From positions 1-64,000 of the IMG/VR virus record IMGVR_UViG_2721755846_000003: a stretch of DNA of 64,000 nt; one strand, given 5' to 3'. The notes under the pieces are model-generated. The model saw nothing but the letters and a program-made list of their open reading frames with translations, ran no database searches and was not told where the DNA came from. Shown here in pieces: positions 1-9,531 of this stretch (position 1 is its first letter; every line of letters starts with the position of its first letter). A program made the position numbers and the translations under genes. Source of the stretch: a virus. Lineage: Duplodnaviria; Caudoviricetes.

Positions 1-627
1 CTATGGCGCCGCCTCGTCGAAGAGGTGAGGGAGGGCGAGCAACCGCGCGTTTGCTACGGCCATCACCTGGGCCAGGCAGCACGGGTCAAGGAAGTCCGTG
101 CGGAGATGCCGAGCGGTACGGCGGCGCTGCTCCCAGATGTACCTGCGCCGCCCGTCCCACGAGAGGCCGTGGACTGCGGCGGCCAGCCGGGCCGCGATCT
201 CCTCGCCCCGCTCGACCAGCTCGGCCGGGACGCTGTCCGGGGAGGCCGCAGCAACGTCGTACGCCACCAGCACAGGCTTGAGTTGGTCCAGGTCTGCCGG
301 CCAGACGTCCCGTTTCCCGGTCCACATCAGGTAAGAGCGTCGCCCCTTGCGCGGTGCCTGGGCCGCGTACGCGCGCGTGCCCCACACGTTGCACTGGGGG
401 TCCTCGCGCCAGATGGCGGTGTACTCCGCCGCGAACGCCTCCGCCCGGGTGTCGTACCACTCGTCGGTGCGCCCCGTAGCGCGTGGCCACCAGGGCCTGG
501 GTCGGTGCTGCTTGCAGCGCTCCTCCGGGTCGTACGACGACCCGACGTAGAGCAGGGCCCCGTCCCCCGCCCACAGCCGGTAGACGGCGGCGGGCCGGTC
601 ATCGATGGGTGCATTCGCTACGCTCAC
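1..627 (-). CDS. GIY-YIG nuclease-domain protein
   Basis: AVYRLW...LLYVGSS...R..QH...E..AI....P..N pattern; GTG start at 627 follows a GAAAGG RBS. Confidence 0.75.
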   Translation of the reverse strand: MSVANAPIDDRPAAVYRLWAGDGALLYVGSSYDPEERCKQHRPRPWWPRATGRTDEWYDTRAEAFAAEYTAIWREDPQCNVWGTRAYAAQAPRKGRRSYLMWTGKRDVWPADLDQLKPVLVAYDVAAASPDSVPAELVERGEEIAARLAAAVHGLSWDGRRRYIWEQRRRTARHLRTDFLDPCCLAQVMAVANARLLALPHLFDEAAP

Positions 628-690
628 CGCAGCGCCTTTCTGTGATCTCGCGCGCAACGGCCGGGCGGTCTCGACCACCGTCCGGCCGGC

Positions 691-1017
691 TCAATTCCCG
701 GGCTGCTCCTCGGCGGCCCGTTTGTTCTTCTTCCGTTGTGCACCGCTCAGGCCCTTGCTGATCTGCTGGGCCCGCTCGGGCGTGACGTCCCCGATGATTT
801 CCGCGATCTCCGGCCACGTCTTGTTGTGCTGGTTGCGCAGCGCATTGACGCGCAGCTCGCGGAGCTGCCGTAGTTCCGACCCGAGGTCGGGCCACTGTCG
901 CAGCACCTCGGAGACAGCGGCCGTACATGCGGCGTCGTCATCCATCGCCGCAAACGCCGCAAGGGCTTCCCGCAGCCTCGTCACCTCCTCTGGTACCTCC
1001 TTCGCCTGATCGGCCAC
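691..1017 (-). CDS. Small HTH DNA-binding regulator
   Basis: C-terminal KTWPEIAEIIGDVTPERAQQI HTH; divergent from the 1205 operon across an inverted repeat. Confidence 0.75.
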   Translation of the reverse strand: MADQAKEVPEEVTRLREALAAFAAMDDDAACTAAVSEVLRQWPDLGSELRQLRELRVNALRNQHNKTWPEIAEIIGDVTPERAQQISKGLSGAQRKKNKRAAEEQPGN

Positions 1018-1049
1018 GACCCCGCTCCCTTCCTGATGTGCGGGCGTGA

Positions 1050-1115
1050 CCTCGCGACACGAACCCTAGGGCTTGCTCCTCTTGCGGTACAAGCCCTAGG
1101 GTTTGTGTCGCGAGG
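1050..1115. promoter_or_regulatory. 26-bp inverted repeat, probable operator pair
   Basis: CCTCGCGACACGAACCCTAGGGCTTG (1050-1075) and CAAGCCCTAGGGTTTGTGTCGCGAGG (1090-1115), 1 mismatch, 14-bp spacer, each containing the palindrome CCCTAGGG. Confidence 0.75.
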
Positions 1116-1204
1116 CCGCCTCCACTGGTCTCGCGCCTACAAGTCGGCCCCCGGTCGGGGCCTAGGAAACGCCGACCGGGGGCCACGTCAGATGGAGCTG
1201 ACGC

Positions 1205-1681
1205 ATGGCACAGATTACTGATCGACCCCTGGGCTTGGCCCGGGACGTCACCGGTGAACACCGGTTCAAGGCCGCAGAGATGCTGGCCGGGGTCGCCCGG
1301 AAGCTGGTGTTCGAGGACCCCGAGGGCCTGGTGGACTCCCTGAAGTTCACGGTCCTGGTCGGGGTGCGGTCGTACGACCTGGCTGGCCGCAGCTGTCACG
1401 GCGGTGGACAGAACGTGTCCCGTATGGCGCTGCGGGCGGTGGCCGAGCGTACGGGCCTGGAGCGGGGCGAGGTCCCGGCCGTGACGCGTGAGGAGTTCGC
1501 GGTCACGGTGGCCGAGGCGGCCCGGGCCCTGGGCTTCGACTGGCGCGGCGTGCAGCTGGGTTGGGAGGAGGACCGGGAGGAGCGCGCGATCCCGCGCCTC
1601 CCGGTGCCCGGCCCGCGCCGCAGCGATGAGTCCGGCCGCGTCCCGGCCCCTCGCCCGGAGCAGGCGGTGACGGTCCGATGA
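1205..1681 (+). CDS. Hypothetical protein
   Basis: GGAG RBS, GC3-biased ORF, coupled to the next gene. Confidence 0.7.
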   Translation: MAQITDRPLGLARDVTGEHRFKAAEMLAGVARKLVFEDPEGLVDSLKFTVLVGVRSYDLAGRSCHGGGQNVSRMALRAVAERTGLERGEVPAVTREEFAVTVAEAARALGFDWRGVQLGWEEDREERAIPRLPVPGPRRSDESGRVPAPRPEQAVTVR

Positions 1682-1941
1682 GCGAGCCGATTGCGGTCAA
1701 CGAGCCCCTGACTGTGGGCGAGGTGGTACGCCGCAAGACGATCGAGATGGCGGACCTGCTGCGCGAGTTCCTGGCGGGGTCCCCGGCCCTGCTGGAGGAG
1801 GCGCAGCGCCTCGCGAACGAGCAGACGCAGGGAGAGCCCGACGGGGTGTTCGCCGGTGTGCTCGGCAAGCTGCCGCAGCCGTTGGACGGGGAGACCGCCC
1901 GCGCTTACGGCACTCGCCTCCTGGTGGGGGTGAAGCGGTGA
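1678..1941 (+). CDS. Hypothetical protein
   Basis: ATGA overlap with the upstream gene. Confidence 0.7.
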   Translation: MSEPIAVNEPLTVGEVVRRKTIEMADLLREFLAGSPALLEEAQRLANEQTQGEPDGVFAGVLGKLPQPLDGETARAYGTRLLVGVKR

Positions 1942-2087
1942 GCGCCGAGACCGAGCAGGAGCGGGCCCGCCAGGCGTACGCCCAGGGCTCCGAGCAGCGC
2001 GAGAGCGGCGACGTCCAGCGCGGCCAGGACGACGCGCGCATTGACGGCAGCAACACGTCCGGCAGTAACCCGGGGGGTGCCCGGTGA
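1938..2087 (+). CDS. Small hypothetical protein (49 aa)
   Basis: GTGA overlaps at both ends; below the ORF-track cutoff. Confidence 0.5.
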   Translation: MSAETEQERARQAYAQGSEQRESGDVQRGQDDARIDGSNTSGSNPGGAR

Positions 2088-2200
2088 CGTGCTGCGGCCA
2101 GCCCATGAAGCAGGACAACGGTCAGTGGGTGTGCACCGGCGGGTGCGGCGCCTGGTTCGACGCCGGGGTGGCCCCGGCCCCGGCTGGAGGTGGCCGCTGA
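2084..2200 (+). CDS. Small Zn-ribbon-like protein (38 aa)
   Basis: TCCGQPM...WVCTGGCG; coupled at both ends. Confidence 0.55.
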   Translation: MTCCGQPMKQDNGQWVCTGGCGAWFDAGVAPAPAGGGR

Positions 2201-2385
2201 TGGGCCTCCGTGACTTGCTCCTGAGCGTCACCCCCGGCCAGGGCCCGGCTGCCGCGGCTGTCCAGCGGGAGAAGAAGGAGACCCGCCGGGCGAAGCAGCA
2301 GGCCCGGGAGCAGCAGGCCAGCCGGGACCGGGCCCACCGCCACAAGCGGGACACCGAGCAGCCCAAGCCTGGAGTGAATCCCTGA
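2200..2385 (+). CDS. Small basic hypothetical protein
   Basis: TGATG coupling, GGAGG RBS. Confidence 0.55.
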   Translation: MGLRDLLLSVTPGQGPAAAAVQREKKETRRAKQQAREQQASRDRAHRHKRDTEQPKPGVNP

Positions 2386-2469
2386 CCGACCTGGGCCGCT
2401 GTCCCAATTCCCCCCGGGGCGGCGGCCCGGGTCTCCCTCTTATGACCCACGAGCCCGAAGGGCAGCACC

Positions 2470-3651
2470 ATGACCGAGACACCCGAGACGCCGCAGCATT
2501 GGCAGCCGGGTACGCGCCGCAAGAAGGTCAAGATCCAGCGGGCGGAGACCACCGTCATCGACGGCAGGCCGTCCACGCGGATGGTGCCTGACGAGGTGTG
2601 GGTCACCCTCCCGCCGCGCGACTGGGACGAGATCATTCGGCGCGGTGTCACCACCGTGGCGGTCGTCGTCACAGTCCTGGCTGCGGCCGGGACCACGGCG
2701 AGCGTCGGCGGCCTGCTGTCGAACATGCTGCACCCGGGCGTCGCGTACGCCGTGGGCGTGGTGTTCACGTCCTCCTGGTTGGCCTGCCTCGGCGTTGAGC
2801 ACATCGAGCGAGTGGACGCCGGCCGCGCCCAGCGGGCCCGGATCGGCGGGTGGGCGGCCCTGATCATCAGCATGGGCGCCGTCATCACGTACGGCCACAC
2901 CCTGGACCTGCTGCCCGCCGGTGTCGTCGGCTCCTGCCTGGACCTGCTGGCCAAGGGCCTGTGGTTCCTGGTCATGGGACTGGACACGGTGAATCTGGAC
3001 CCCGGCGTCGCCCACTGGGTCGCCGAGGAGGAGCAGCACATGGCCGGCCGGTTCCTGCTCGGGACCCGCCTGGCCCGCCTCAACCGGCGCGCCGTCCAGA
3101 TGCGGGCAGGGGGCCCGGAGTTCCAGGCGGCGGAGGCGATCCTGGCCCAGGCCAGCGGCCACCAGGCGCAGCAGCTCCCGGCCGCGGACACGTCCGGACA
3201 GGCCGCGCCCGTGTCCGCTCCGGTGTCCGGACAGCCGCAGGCCCCGGCCCAGGCGCCGGTGTCCGGACACGTCCCGGACCCGTCCCCGACCACGCCGAGC
3301 GCGCCCGCGCCGTCGACGTCGCCCCCGGCAGCCCCTGTGCCGCCGCCTGCCGTCCCGACGCCGCCCGTACCGCCGGTCGCCCCGGCAAGCACCGGCGCGT
3401 CCGGCAGCAGCCAGCAGGGCCAGGGCGGCGGCCCCGGCCTGCGCCCCGTGGGCCCGCCCAGCAAGGCCCAGACCATCCGCGACGTCCTGGTCGCAGACCC
3501 CAAGATCAGCGACGCCGACCTGATCGAGCACGTCAAGGCCGTCCACGGCGACGGCGGCGACGCGGCCAAGTTCGCGGACACCGTGACCCGTACGCGGCGG
3601 CGCATCGAGAACCCGCCCGCGCCCCGCACCAAGAAGACCCGGAGCGCCTGA
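2470..3651 (+). CDS. Multi-TM protein with Pro-rich linker and C-terminal putative DNA-binding domain (plasmid spread/Spd-like)
   Basis: About 4 hydrophobic helices, Pro/Ala linker, basic helical C-terminus (SKAQTIRDVL...DTVTRTRRR); architecture typical of Streptomyces plasmid spread proteins. Confidence 0.6.
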   Translation: MTETPETPQHWQPGTRRKKVKIQRAETTVIDGRPSTRMVPDEVWVTLPPRDWDEIIRRGVTTVAVVVTVLAAAGTTASVGGLLSNMLHPGVAYAVGVVFTSSWLACLGVEHIERVDAGRAQRARIGGWAALIISMGAVITYGHTLDLLPAGVVGSCLDLLAKGLWFLVMGLDTVNLDPGVAHWVAEEEQHMAGRFLLGTRLARLNRRAVQMRAGGPEFQAAEAILAQASGHQAQQLPAADTSGQAAPVSAPVSGQPQAPAQAPVSGHVPDPSPTTPSAPAPSTSPPAAPVPPPAVPTPPVPPVAPASTGASGSSQQGQGGGPGLRPVGPPSKAQTIRDVLVADPKISDADLIEHVKAVHGDGGDAAKFADTVTRTRRRIENPPAPRTKKTRSA

Positions 3652-3791
3652 TGACCACGCCCCAGTGGCTCGCCCTCGAAGCTTTCGCCGGCCTGGTGAT
3701 GTTCTTCCGCTGCCGCAACGACCTGTGGCGCCTGGGCGGCCTGCTCATGACCGGCGTTGCTCTGCTGTACCTGCTCTCAGGGGTGGAGTAG
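3651..3791 (+). CDS. Small membrane protein
   Basis: TGATG coupling, two hydrophobic segments. Confidence 0.55.
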   Translation: MTTPQWLALEAFAGLVMFFRCRNDLWRLGGLLMTGVALLYLLSGVE

Positions 3792-4510
3792 TGCGCTACG
3801 CCGTCCTGCTGCTGGTCGCCGCAGGCGGCGCCTACTGCTGGCTGCGCTACCGCGGCCCGGGGCGCACCTCGAGCGCCCACCGCCCCCGCCCGGGCGGCCG
3901 GCCGATCGAGGGCGCGGGCGCCTCCGCGGATGCCCACGCCCGGGAGCTGCGTACCCCGCTGGTGCGCCTGGCCACCGCGGCAGGGATCACCACCCGCGCG
4001 GAGGCCCACGCCCGGAACTTTGCGACCGGAGCCGAGGGGGAGCGGTACGTAGCCCAGCTCCTGGAGCCCTTGACCCGGGAGGGGTGGGTGTTCCTCGCCG
4101 ACTGCGCCCTGCCGCACGGTGAGGCACAGGTGGACCTGCTGGGCTTCGGCCCGCGCGGCCTGGTCGTGAACGTGGACCCGAAGAAGTGGGACCGCCGTTT
4201 CCGCCTGAGCGTGCGTGGCAACCGCCTGCTGCACGGCACCAAGGACGTGTCCGGGCGCATGCGCGGCCTGGCCTACGAGACGCGCACCGTCGCCGCCCTG
4301 CTGTCCGTGCCGGTCGTGCCGGTCGCCGCCATGGTCGGCCCGATGCTGCGCGGCACGATCCTGCGCTTCCGCGGCATCCGCCTCGTCCCGGCCGAGGACG
4401 TCCCCGAGTTGCTGCGCGCCCTGGACCGCACGCACCTGACCACCATCCCCTCCGGCCGTCTCGCCGACACCGCCCAGCGGCTGCTGCCGCCCAAGATCAC
4501 CAAGAGGTAA
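3791..4510 (+). CDS. NERD (PD-(D/E)xK) nuclease-related protein with N-terminal TM
   Basis: GAEGE..VA..L, F.AD, QVDLLGFGP.G..N.D.K.W motifs. Confidence 0.8.
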   Translation: MRYAVLLLVAAGGAYCWLRYRGPGRTSSAHRPRPGGRPIEGAGASADAHARELRTPLVRLATAAGITTRAEAHARNFATGAEGERYVAQLLEPLTREGWVFLADCALPHGEAQVDLLGFGPRGLVVNVDPKKWDRRFRLSVRGNRLLHGTKDVSGRMRGLAYETRTVAALLSVPVVPVAAMVGPMLRGTILRFRGIRLVPAEDVPELLRALDRTHLTTIPSGRLADTAQRLLPPKITKR

Positions 4511-4514
4511 CCCC

Positions 4515-4700
4515 GTGCTGAGCTACTGGGACGTTCTGGCCGTCGCTCTCCTCGGCCCCCTGTTCTTCGTGAACCCCATGCGCTTTCGAAACCTCTACCG
4601 GGCCCTGGCCGCCTATGCCCTGTGCGGCGTGGCCATCGGCGCTGCGTACGTGCTGGTGACCCGCCCCGCTGGCGACTGGATCGCGGGGGTGCTCGGATGA
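4515..4700 (+). CDS. Small membrane protein
   Basis: GAGG RBS, two hydrophobic helices. Confidence 0.6.
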   Translation: MLSYWDVLAVALLGPLFFVNPMRFRNLYRALAAYALCGVAIGAAYVLVTRPAGDWIAGVLG

Positions 4701-5653
4701 CCGCCGGACCCGACGAGCGCACCCTGCACGTCATCCCGGGCGGAGGCCCCGAGAGCGAGCAGGATGCGGAGGACCGCATCCGCGGGGAGCTGCGCCGCCT
4801 CGGCGTCGGCCCGGGCGGCCCGGCCTCCTCGCCGCCGCCCATGCCCGCGCACCCTCCGGTCGTACCTCCGCAGCAGGCCGCCGCCGACGTCGACCAGGAG
4901 CCGGGGGATCAGGCGGACTACGGGGGGTTCGCGGACTGGTTGCGCGCCAAGCGAGCCGCCCGCCAGGAGTCGCACAACCCGGAGCCGGACGACGCCGACG
5001 AGGCCGAGGGCGCCACCCCGGCCCGGGCGGACAACGACCGGCTGCCGCCGTGGTGGGACCACCGCAAGCCGGACCTGGACGACCAGACCGTCGACGACGA
5101 GGAGCCGGGGGAGGAGCCCGAGGAGAGGCCCAAGGCCAAGGCCCGCGGCCCCCAACCGGCCCGCCGCCGCGTGTCCAAGACCTCCCGGCGCCCGCCCGCC
5201 GACGACGAGCAGGGCGACGACGAGCAGGGCGACGACGAGGAGGAGGACGAGGAGGAGGCGGGGGAGCAGGTCCCGGACGGGCCACGCTGGTCCCGGCCCT
5301 CCCTCGCCCGGCCGCCCGGCCTGCCGCCCAAGCGCCAGAACCTCATTACCTGGTGGCGCCAGGACGTCGAGGACTACCAGAAGTGGCTGCTGTACCACGG
5401 CACCGGCCTGGGCGCGGGCGTGTACTTCGGCGTCTTCACCTACGGCACCCGCGGGGCGGAGTTCGTCACCCAGCAGGGACTGGGCGACCTGGAAGCGGAC
5501 TTCACCGTGGGCCTGCTCGGCCTGGTCCTGATGGTGGACTACCGCGTCCGCAACCTCTTCCCGCCGCTCGCCTGGCTGGTCCGCGCCGTCTCCACCTCCC
5601 TGGTCCTTGGCGCCGCCTGGAACGGCACCCCCCTCGCCGACCTCACGAACTGA
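4697..5653 (+). CDS. Membrane protein with acidic disordered N-terminus
   Basis: ATGA overlap; C-terminal hydrophobic helices. Confidence 0.7.
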   Translation: MTAGPDERTLHVIPGGGPESEQDAEDRIRGELRRLGVGPGGPASSPPPMPAHPPVVPPQQAAADVDQEPGDQADYGGFADWLRAKRAARQESHNPEPDDADEAEGATPARADNDRLPPWWDHRKPDLDDQTVDDEEPGEEPEERPKAKARGPQPARRRVSKTSRRPPADDEQGDDEQGDDEEEDEEEAGEQVPDGPRWSRPSLARPPGLPPKRQNLITWWRQDVEDYQKWLLYHGTGLGAGVYFGVFTYGTRGAEFVTQQGLGDLEADFTVGLLGLVLMVDYRVRNLFPPLAWLVRAVSTSLVLGAAWNGTPLADLTN

Positions 5654-5666
5654 ACGGAGCCACCTC

Positions 5667-6065
5667 ATGGACGCAATCGACCTTGGAATCGGCGGCGTCG
5701 CGACCGTCCTGGTCATCGTGCTGTGGTTCGGCACCAAGGGCGGCGGCAAGCTCGGCACCCTCTCCTGGGGGTGGACCCTGTTCCTCGCCATGGTCGCCGG
5801 CTGCGCCTTCAAGGCCGCCGGACAGCCGTGGTCCTGGTTCACCGACCTCGTCAACGGCGGCCTGGGCATGCTCGGCGACGCTGCGCCCGGCATCACCGCC
5901 GCCGGTATGGCCGTCATCCTCATCGCCATCGCCTGCTTCGTGAAGCTGACCCTGCGCAAGGTCGCCCTGGTGGGCGTGGCGTTCTTCTGCGTGGCCGCCG
6001 GCGCGGGCGGCCCCTTCGAGTGGTTCGCCGGCCGTATCGAGGTCGTCGCCATGCACTGGGCGTGA
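5667..6065 (+). CDS. Integral membrane protein (about 4 TM)
   Basis: GGAG RBS; almost wholly hydrophobic. Confidence 0.75.
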   Translation: MDAIDLGIGGVATVLVIVLWFGTKGGGKLGTLSWGWTLFLAMVAGCAFKAAGQPWSWFTDLVNGGLGMLGDAAPGITAAGMAVILIAIACFVKLTLRKVALVGVAFFCVAAGAGGPFEWFAGRIEVVAMHWA

Positions 6066-6070
6066 CGCCG

Positions 6071-7270
6071 ATGACCGCCGCCCTGCACCTGGTCCCCGAC
6101 CCCGACGAGCCCACCCCGCCGCCCGATACGGCAGGGGAGCAGCACCCCACCCCGGAGGCGGCCCCGGCCGCCGCCGAGGAGCAGGGGGAGGAGCTGCCCG
6201 GCGACGCCGAGCCGGGGGAGGAGGACACCCCGGACGACGACCAGGCCGACCTGGACGACGAGGAACCCGCCCCCGGGCGGGCCCTCGCCATGCCCGACCT
6301 GCGCCCCTACGTTGACCCCTCCTGGATCCCGGCCGTCATCAACGCCGGCGCCGAGGGCACCCGCTGCTGGCGCCAGCGCGCCCCGGAGCGCAAGGCCGCC
6401 CGCCGCGCGGACAGGAAGAAGCGGGAGGCGGCCGGGGAGCTGTTCGGCCGGCGCAGGGCGTGGCAGATGGCCGCGGACTACCTGAACGGAACCCGCCTGC
6501 TGCTGGGCCACCTGGCCGCCTGGCTGTCGGGGGAGTACGGCCCCAAAGACATGAAGGTGCCCGCCCGCCTGGTCGCGGTCGGCGTCGCCGGGTACTGCGC
6601 CGTGCGCACCGTCATGGCCTGGCCCGTGTGGGGCACGGTCGGGTTGACGGTGGTGTACTGCGCCGCCGCCCTCGGCGCCCTCCACCGGCAGCGCGCCGAG
6701 CAGGCCCCGAAACAGCCCAGCGGCAAGACCGCCAAGACGGCCAAGGTGCCCGGACCACCCCCCGCCCGGGCCGCCGTCCAGGCCCCCGCCGAGGGCCCCG
6801 TCGAGGACGCCGACGACTCCCTCGCCGAGGCCGCCGAGGAGGCTCCTGCAGAGCCTCCGCTGACCGCCCTCATCCGGGCCGAGATCGGGACCGAAAACGG
6901 GGTCCACCTCGCCGACCTACGGCCCGCCATGCGGGCCACCTTCCCCCACCTCTCCGAGGCCACGGACGAGGAGCTGCGGGAGGTGCTCGAACAGGCCGGA
7001 TGGGACCCCTCCAAGAAGTTCCGCGCGAGGGGCCGCGCTGGGCGCCAGGGAGTGCACCGAAACCAGCTCCCGCCACTGCCCTCCCCCGGGGGCGGCCCTG
7101 GCCACTCCCCGGACCACTCTCCGCAGGGCGGAGACCGGCCCCGACCTGCGGACTCTTCGGAAGCGGAGAGCAGCGGAGACCAGGCGGAGAGCGGTGGAGA
7201 CGGGGGGGTGGACATCATTCCGGACCCCGACCGGGGCCCCAGCGCCTGGCGGGTGGTCCCCCGCCGGTAG
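6071..7270 (+). CDS. Membrane protein with C-terminal putative winged-helix domain
   Basis: Two TM helices, then LTALIR...GVHLADL...LREVL...R.RGR..RQGVH. Confidence 0.65.
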   Translation: MTAALHLVPDPDEPTPPPDTAGEQHPTPEAAPAAAEEQGEELPGDAEPGEEDTPDDDQADLDDEEPAPGRALAMPDLRPYVDPSWIPAVINAGAEGTRCWRQRAPERKAARRADRKKREAAGELFGRRRAWQMAADYLNGTRLLLGHLAAWLSGEYGPKDMKVPARLVAVGVAGYCAVRTVMAWPVWGTVGLTVVYCAAALGALHRQRAEQAPKQPSGKTAKTAKVPGPPPARAAVQAPAEGPVEDADDSLAEAAEEAPAEPPLTALIRAEIGTENGVHLADLRPAMRATFPHLSEATDEELREVLEQAGWDPSKKFRARGRAGRQGVHRNQLPPLPSPGGGPGHSPDHSPQGGDRPRPADSSEAESSGDQAESGGDGGVDIIPDPDRGPSAWRVVPRR

Positions 7271-7292
7271 CCTCGCCCGCCCGTTCGGCACA

Positions 7293-7331
7293 CCCTGCGC
7301 CCGATTCGAACTGACCGAATCGGGCGCAGGG
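7293..7331 (+). terminator. Perfect 16-bp stem hairpin after the operon
   Basis: CCCTGCGCCCGATTCG-aactgac-CGAATCGGGCGCAGGG. Confidence 0.6.
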
Positions 7332-7424
7332 CTCTTGTCACGGATCGAGGCACAACGGTTACGCACAGCCCCCGTGATCGGTCACCATGGGGCAGACAGG
7401 CTTACGCGGAGGAGGGCAGCAGGA

Positions 7425-7661
7425 ATGGTCAGGCGGTACCGGTGCGACGACTGCGCGGGCACGTCGGGCCTGTGCTTCACGGACGGCATGCTGTGGCGCG
7501 AGACCCAGCGCCACCGACTGCTGGAGCACGCCGGCCTCCGGCCGGACGGCGAGCGCGTCATCGTCGTGCCGGTCGCCCGGCTGGTGGACATCCCGCGCGG
7601 CCAGGCCATCGCCACGGTGGTCCTGTTCACCGTCCTGATCGCCTGGGCGCTCCTGCGCTGA
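7425..7661 (+). CDS. Small CxxC protein with C-terminal TM
   Basis: GGAGG RBS, YRCDDC, hydrophobic tail. Confidence 0.6.
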   Translation: MVRRYRCDDCAGTSGLCFTDGMLWRETQRHRLLEHAGLRPDGERVIVVPVARLVDIPRGQAIATVVLFTVLIAWALLR

Positions 7662-7686
7662 CCGCGCCCGCTCCCCCGCCCACAGC

Positions 7687-7722
7687 AAAGGGCCCGCGCT
7701 CCCCGTGGAGTGCGGGCCCTTT
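7687..7722. terminator. Bidirectional terminator between convergent genes
   Basis: AAAGGGCCCGCGCTCC-ccgt-GGAGTGCGGGCCCTTT. Confidence 0.75.
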
Positions 7723-7743
7723 CTGCCGCCTACGGCGCGGGCG

Positions 7744-8250
7744 CTACGAGGCGCCGGCGGCTGCCTTCTTCCTGGCCTCCCGGCCCCACCGCATGATCGT
7801 GTTGCGGTCGAACTCGGAGGCGTCCGCCAGGGTCTGGGCGCTGGCGTGGTTGTCCAGGTAGTGCTGGGTGGCGGCGGCCTGGAGGGCAATGTGCGTCTTG
7901 CTCTCGCGCTCCTCGGCCTTGGTGAAGTCGGTGGTGAGCCGGTCCAGCTCCGCCAGGGCGGCGGCCACCACTTCCGGGTCGTAGACAGGCACCTCGGCCG
8001 GCTGGCCCTTGACGCGTAGCGGCTTGACGCCGGCGTTGCGCGCGATCACGCCGACGTGGTTGCGGTCGTAGGGGGTGTGGTCGGAGACCTCCCCGGGTGG
8101 GGCGTTGCGCTCCCGCAGGTGGCGCACGATCGCCTCTTGCAGGGCGTCCCGGGCGGCGGTGACGGCGTCCTTATCGGCGCTCAGCTTGGCGCGCTGGCGC
8201 TTGAGCTCGCGGACAGCACGAGCCTCGGTGGTGGGGTCGTAGGTCGGCAT
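7744..8250 (-). CDS. Tandem-duplicated HTH protein, probable repressor of the adjacent gene array
   Basis: Two similar halves (PTYDP...YDRNHV / PVYDP...FDRNTI); divergent from operator-bearing promoter P1. Confidence 0.7.
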   Translation of the reverse strand: MPTYDPTTEARAVRELKRQRAKLSADKDAVTAARDALQEAIVRHLRERNAPPGEVSDHTPYDRNHVGVIARNAGVKPLRVKGQPAEVPVYDPEVVAAALAELDRLTTDFTKAEERESKTHIALQAAATQHYLDNHASAQTLADASEFDRNTIMRWGREARKKAAAGAS

Positions 8251-8308
8251 GCCCAGCACTATGCCATATCGGGTTGCAATGTGGAAGCGCAGCAGTGCGC
8301 CATGCGAG

Positions 8309-8378
8309 GCAACTTGACATTGCAATGCCGAGTTGCAAGTATGTGGGTGTCAGGACGGGCGAGGGGCCCGGCCGGAAC
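8309..8378 (+). promoter_or_regulatory. Array promoter/operator P1
   Basis: GCAACTTGACATTGCAATGCCGAGTTGC palindrome containing -35 TTGACA, xAxxxT 17 bp downstream, conserved leader. Confidence 0.8.
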
Positions 8379-8391
8379 GGAAGGACACGCC

Positions 8392-9531
8392 ATGAACACC
8401 ACCACCACCACCGCCCCGGCCCAGGTCGGCAAGGGCCGCACCGTCCACCAGGTCCCCACCAGCGAGATGGTGACCCTGTGCGGCAGCACCGCCACCAGCG
8501 TCCTGACCGCCGCCGAGGCCCAGAAGGGCAAGGCGTGCGCCAAGTGCACCAAGATCGCCGCCCTGCGGACCGCCGCGGCCGGCACCGAGGCCCCGGCCGC
8601 CGAGGAGGCACCCGCCGCCCCGGCCGAGCAGACCCCCGCCGAGGCCGCCCCGGCCGCCGAGATCGCCCCGGCCGTGGAGGCCGCCCCGGTGTGGCGCACC
8701 CTCAAGGGTGCGGGCACCAACGGCGCGTTCACGATCTACGGCGACCTGCACGAGGCGCGCGGCAAGCTGATCTTCACCTCCTGGGGCACCGCGAAGCAGA
8801 TCAAGGGCCAGCCGTACACCTTCACCCGCCAGTGGAGCGGGAACCGCGGCTTCAACCGCTACCTGGAGGACGTCCTGGGCCGCACCGTGGAGTTCAACGG
8901 CGGCATGGCCACCAGGGTCTGGATGGTGGACGGCGTCCCGGCCCCGGTCGTCGACGTCGCCGAGCAGGCCCCCGCCGAGGAGCCCGAGGCCACCGAGGTT
9001 CCCGCCGCGGACGAGGCGCCCGAGGGGGCCTCCGAGGCGGACGCCGCCCCGGCCGAGGTGGCCGCCCCGGCCGAGGCCCCCGAGGTCGAGGATGCCCCGG
9101 AGGCGGACGACCAGCCCGCCCTGGCCGGGCAGGTCCGGGTGACCGCCTACACCGCCGCCCGGGAGGCCCTGCACATCAACGGCCAGGACAACGACGACCG
9201 CACCCTGACCCTGGACGCCTCCGCCGTCCAGGAGACCGTGGCCGCCATGCGCCGCATGCCCCGCTGGAACGCCGCACGGGAGCGGTTCACGGTCAACAAG
9301 GTGGCCCTGATCGTGGCCCAGGACGCCCAGGGTCAGCGGGTATGGGTGCGCGGCGAGGCCGCCCCGATCCGGGTGGACTTCGCAGGCGAGCCGATCGCCG
9401 AGGACGCCCCCGCCGAGGCCGGCACCGTGGACATGGCCGCCGTCCTGGCCGCCACCCGGGTGCTGCGCCGCCGCGCGGAGGTCCGGCGGGTCATCGACAA
9501 CCGCACCGCCGCCCGAGCTGCCAGCGCCTGA
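8392..9531 (+). CDS. Hypothetical protein (N-terminal H/C Zn-binding motif, Ala/Glu/Pro-rich linkers)
   Basis: AAGGA RBS after P1; TVH...LCG...CAKC. Confidence 0.75.
   Translation: MNTTTTTAPAQVGKGRTVHQVPTSEMVTLCGSTATSVLTAAEAQKGKACAKCTKIAALRTAAAGTEAPAAEEAPAAPAEQTPAEAAPAAEIAPAVEAAPVWRTLKGAGTNGAFTIYGDLHEARGKLIFTSWGTAKQIKGQPYTFTRQWSGNRGFNRYLEDVLGRTVEFNGGMATRVWMVDGVPAPVVDVAEQAPAEEPEATEVPAADEAPEGASEADAAPAEVAAPAEAPEVEDAPEADDQPALAGQVRVTAYTAAREALHINGQDNDDRTLTLDASAVQETVAAMRRMPRWNAARERFTVNKVALIVAQDAQGQRVWVRGEAAPIRVDFAGEPIAEDAPAEAGTVDMAAVLAATRVLRRRAEVRRVIDNRTAARAASA

Noticed and set aside
5201-5260. GACGACGAGCAGGGC tandem repeat
   Set aside because: In-frame low-complexity acidic linker
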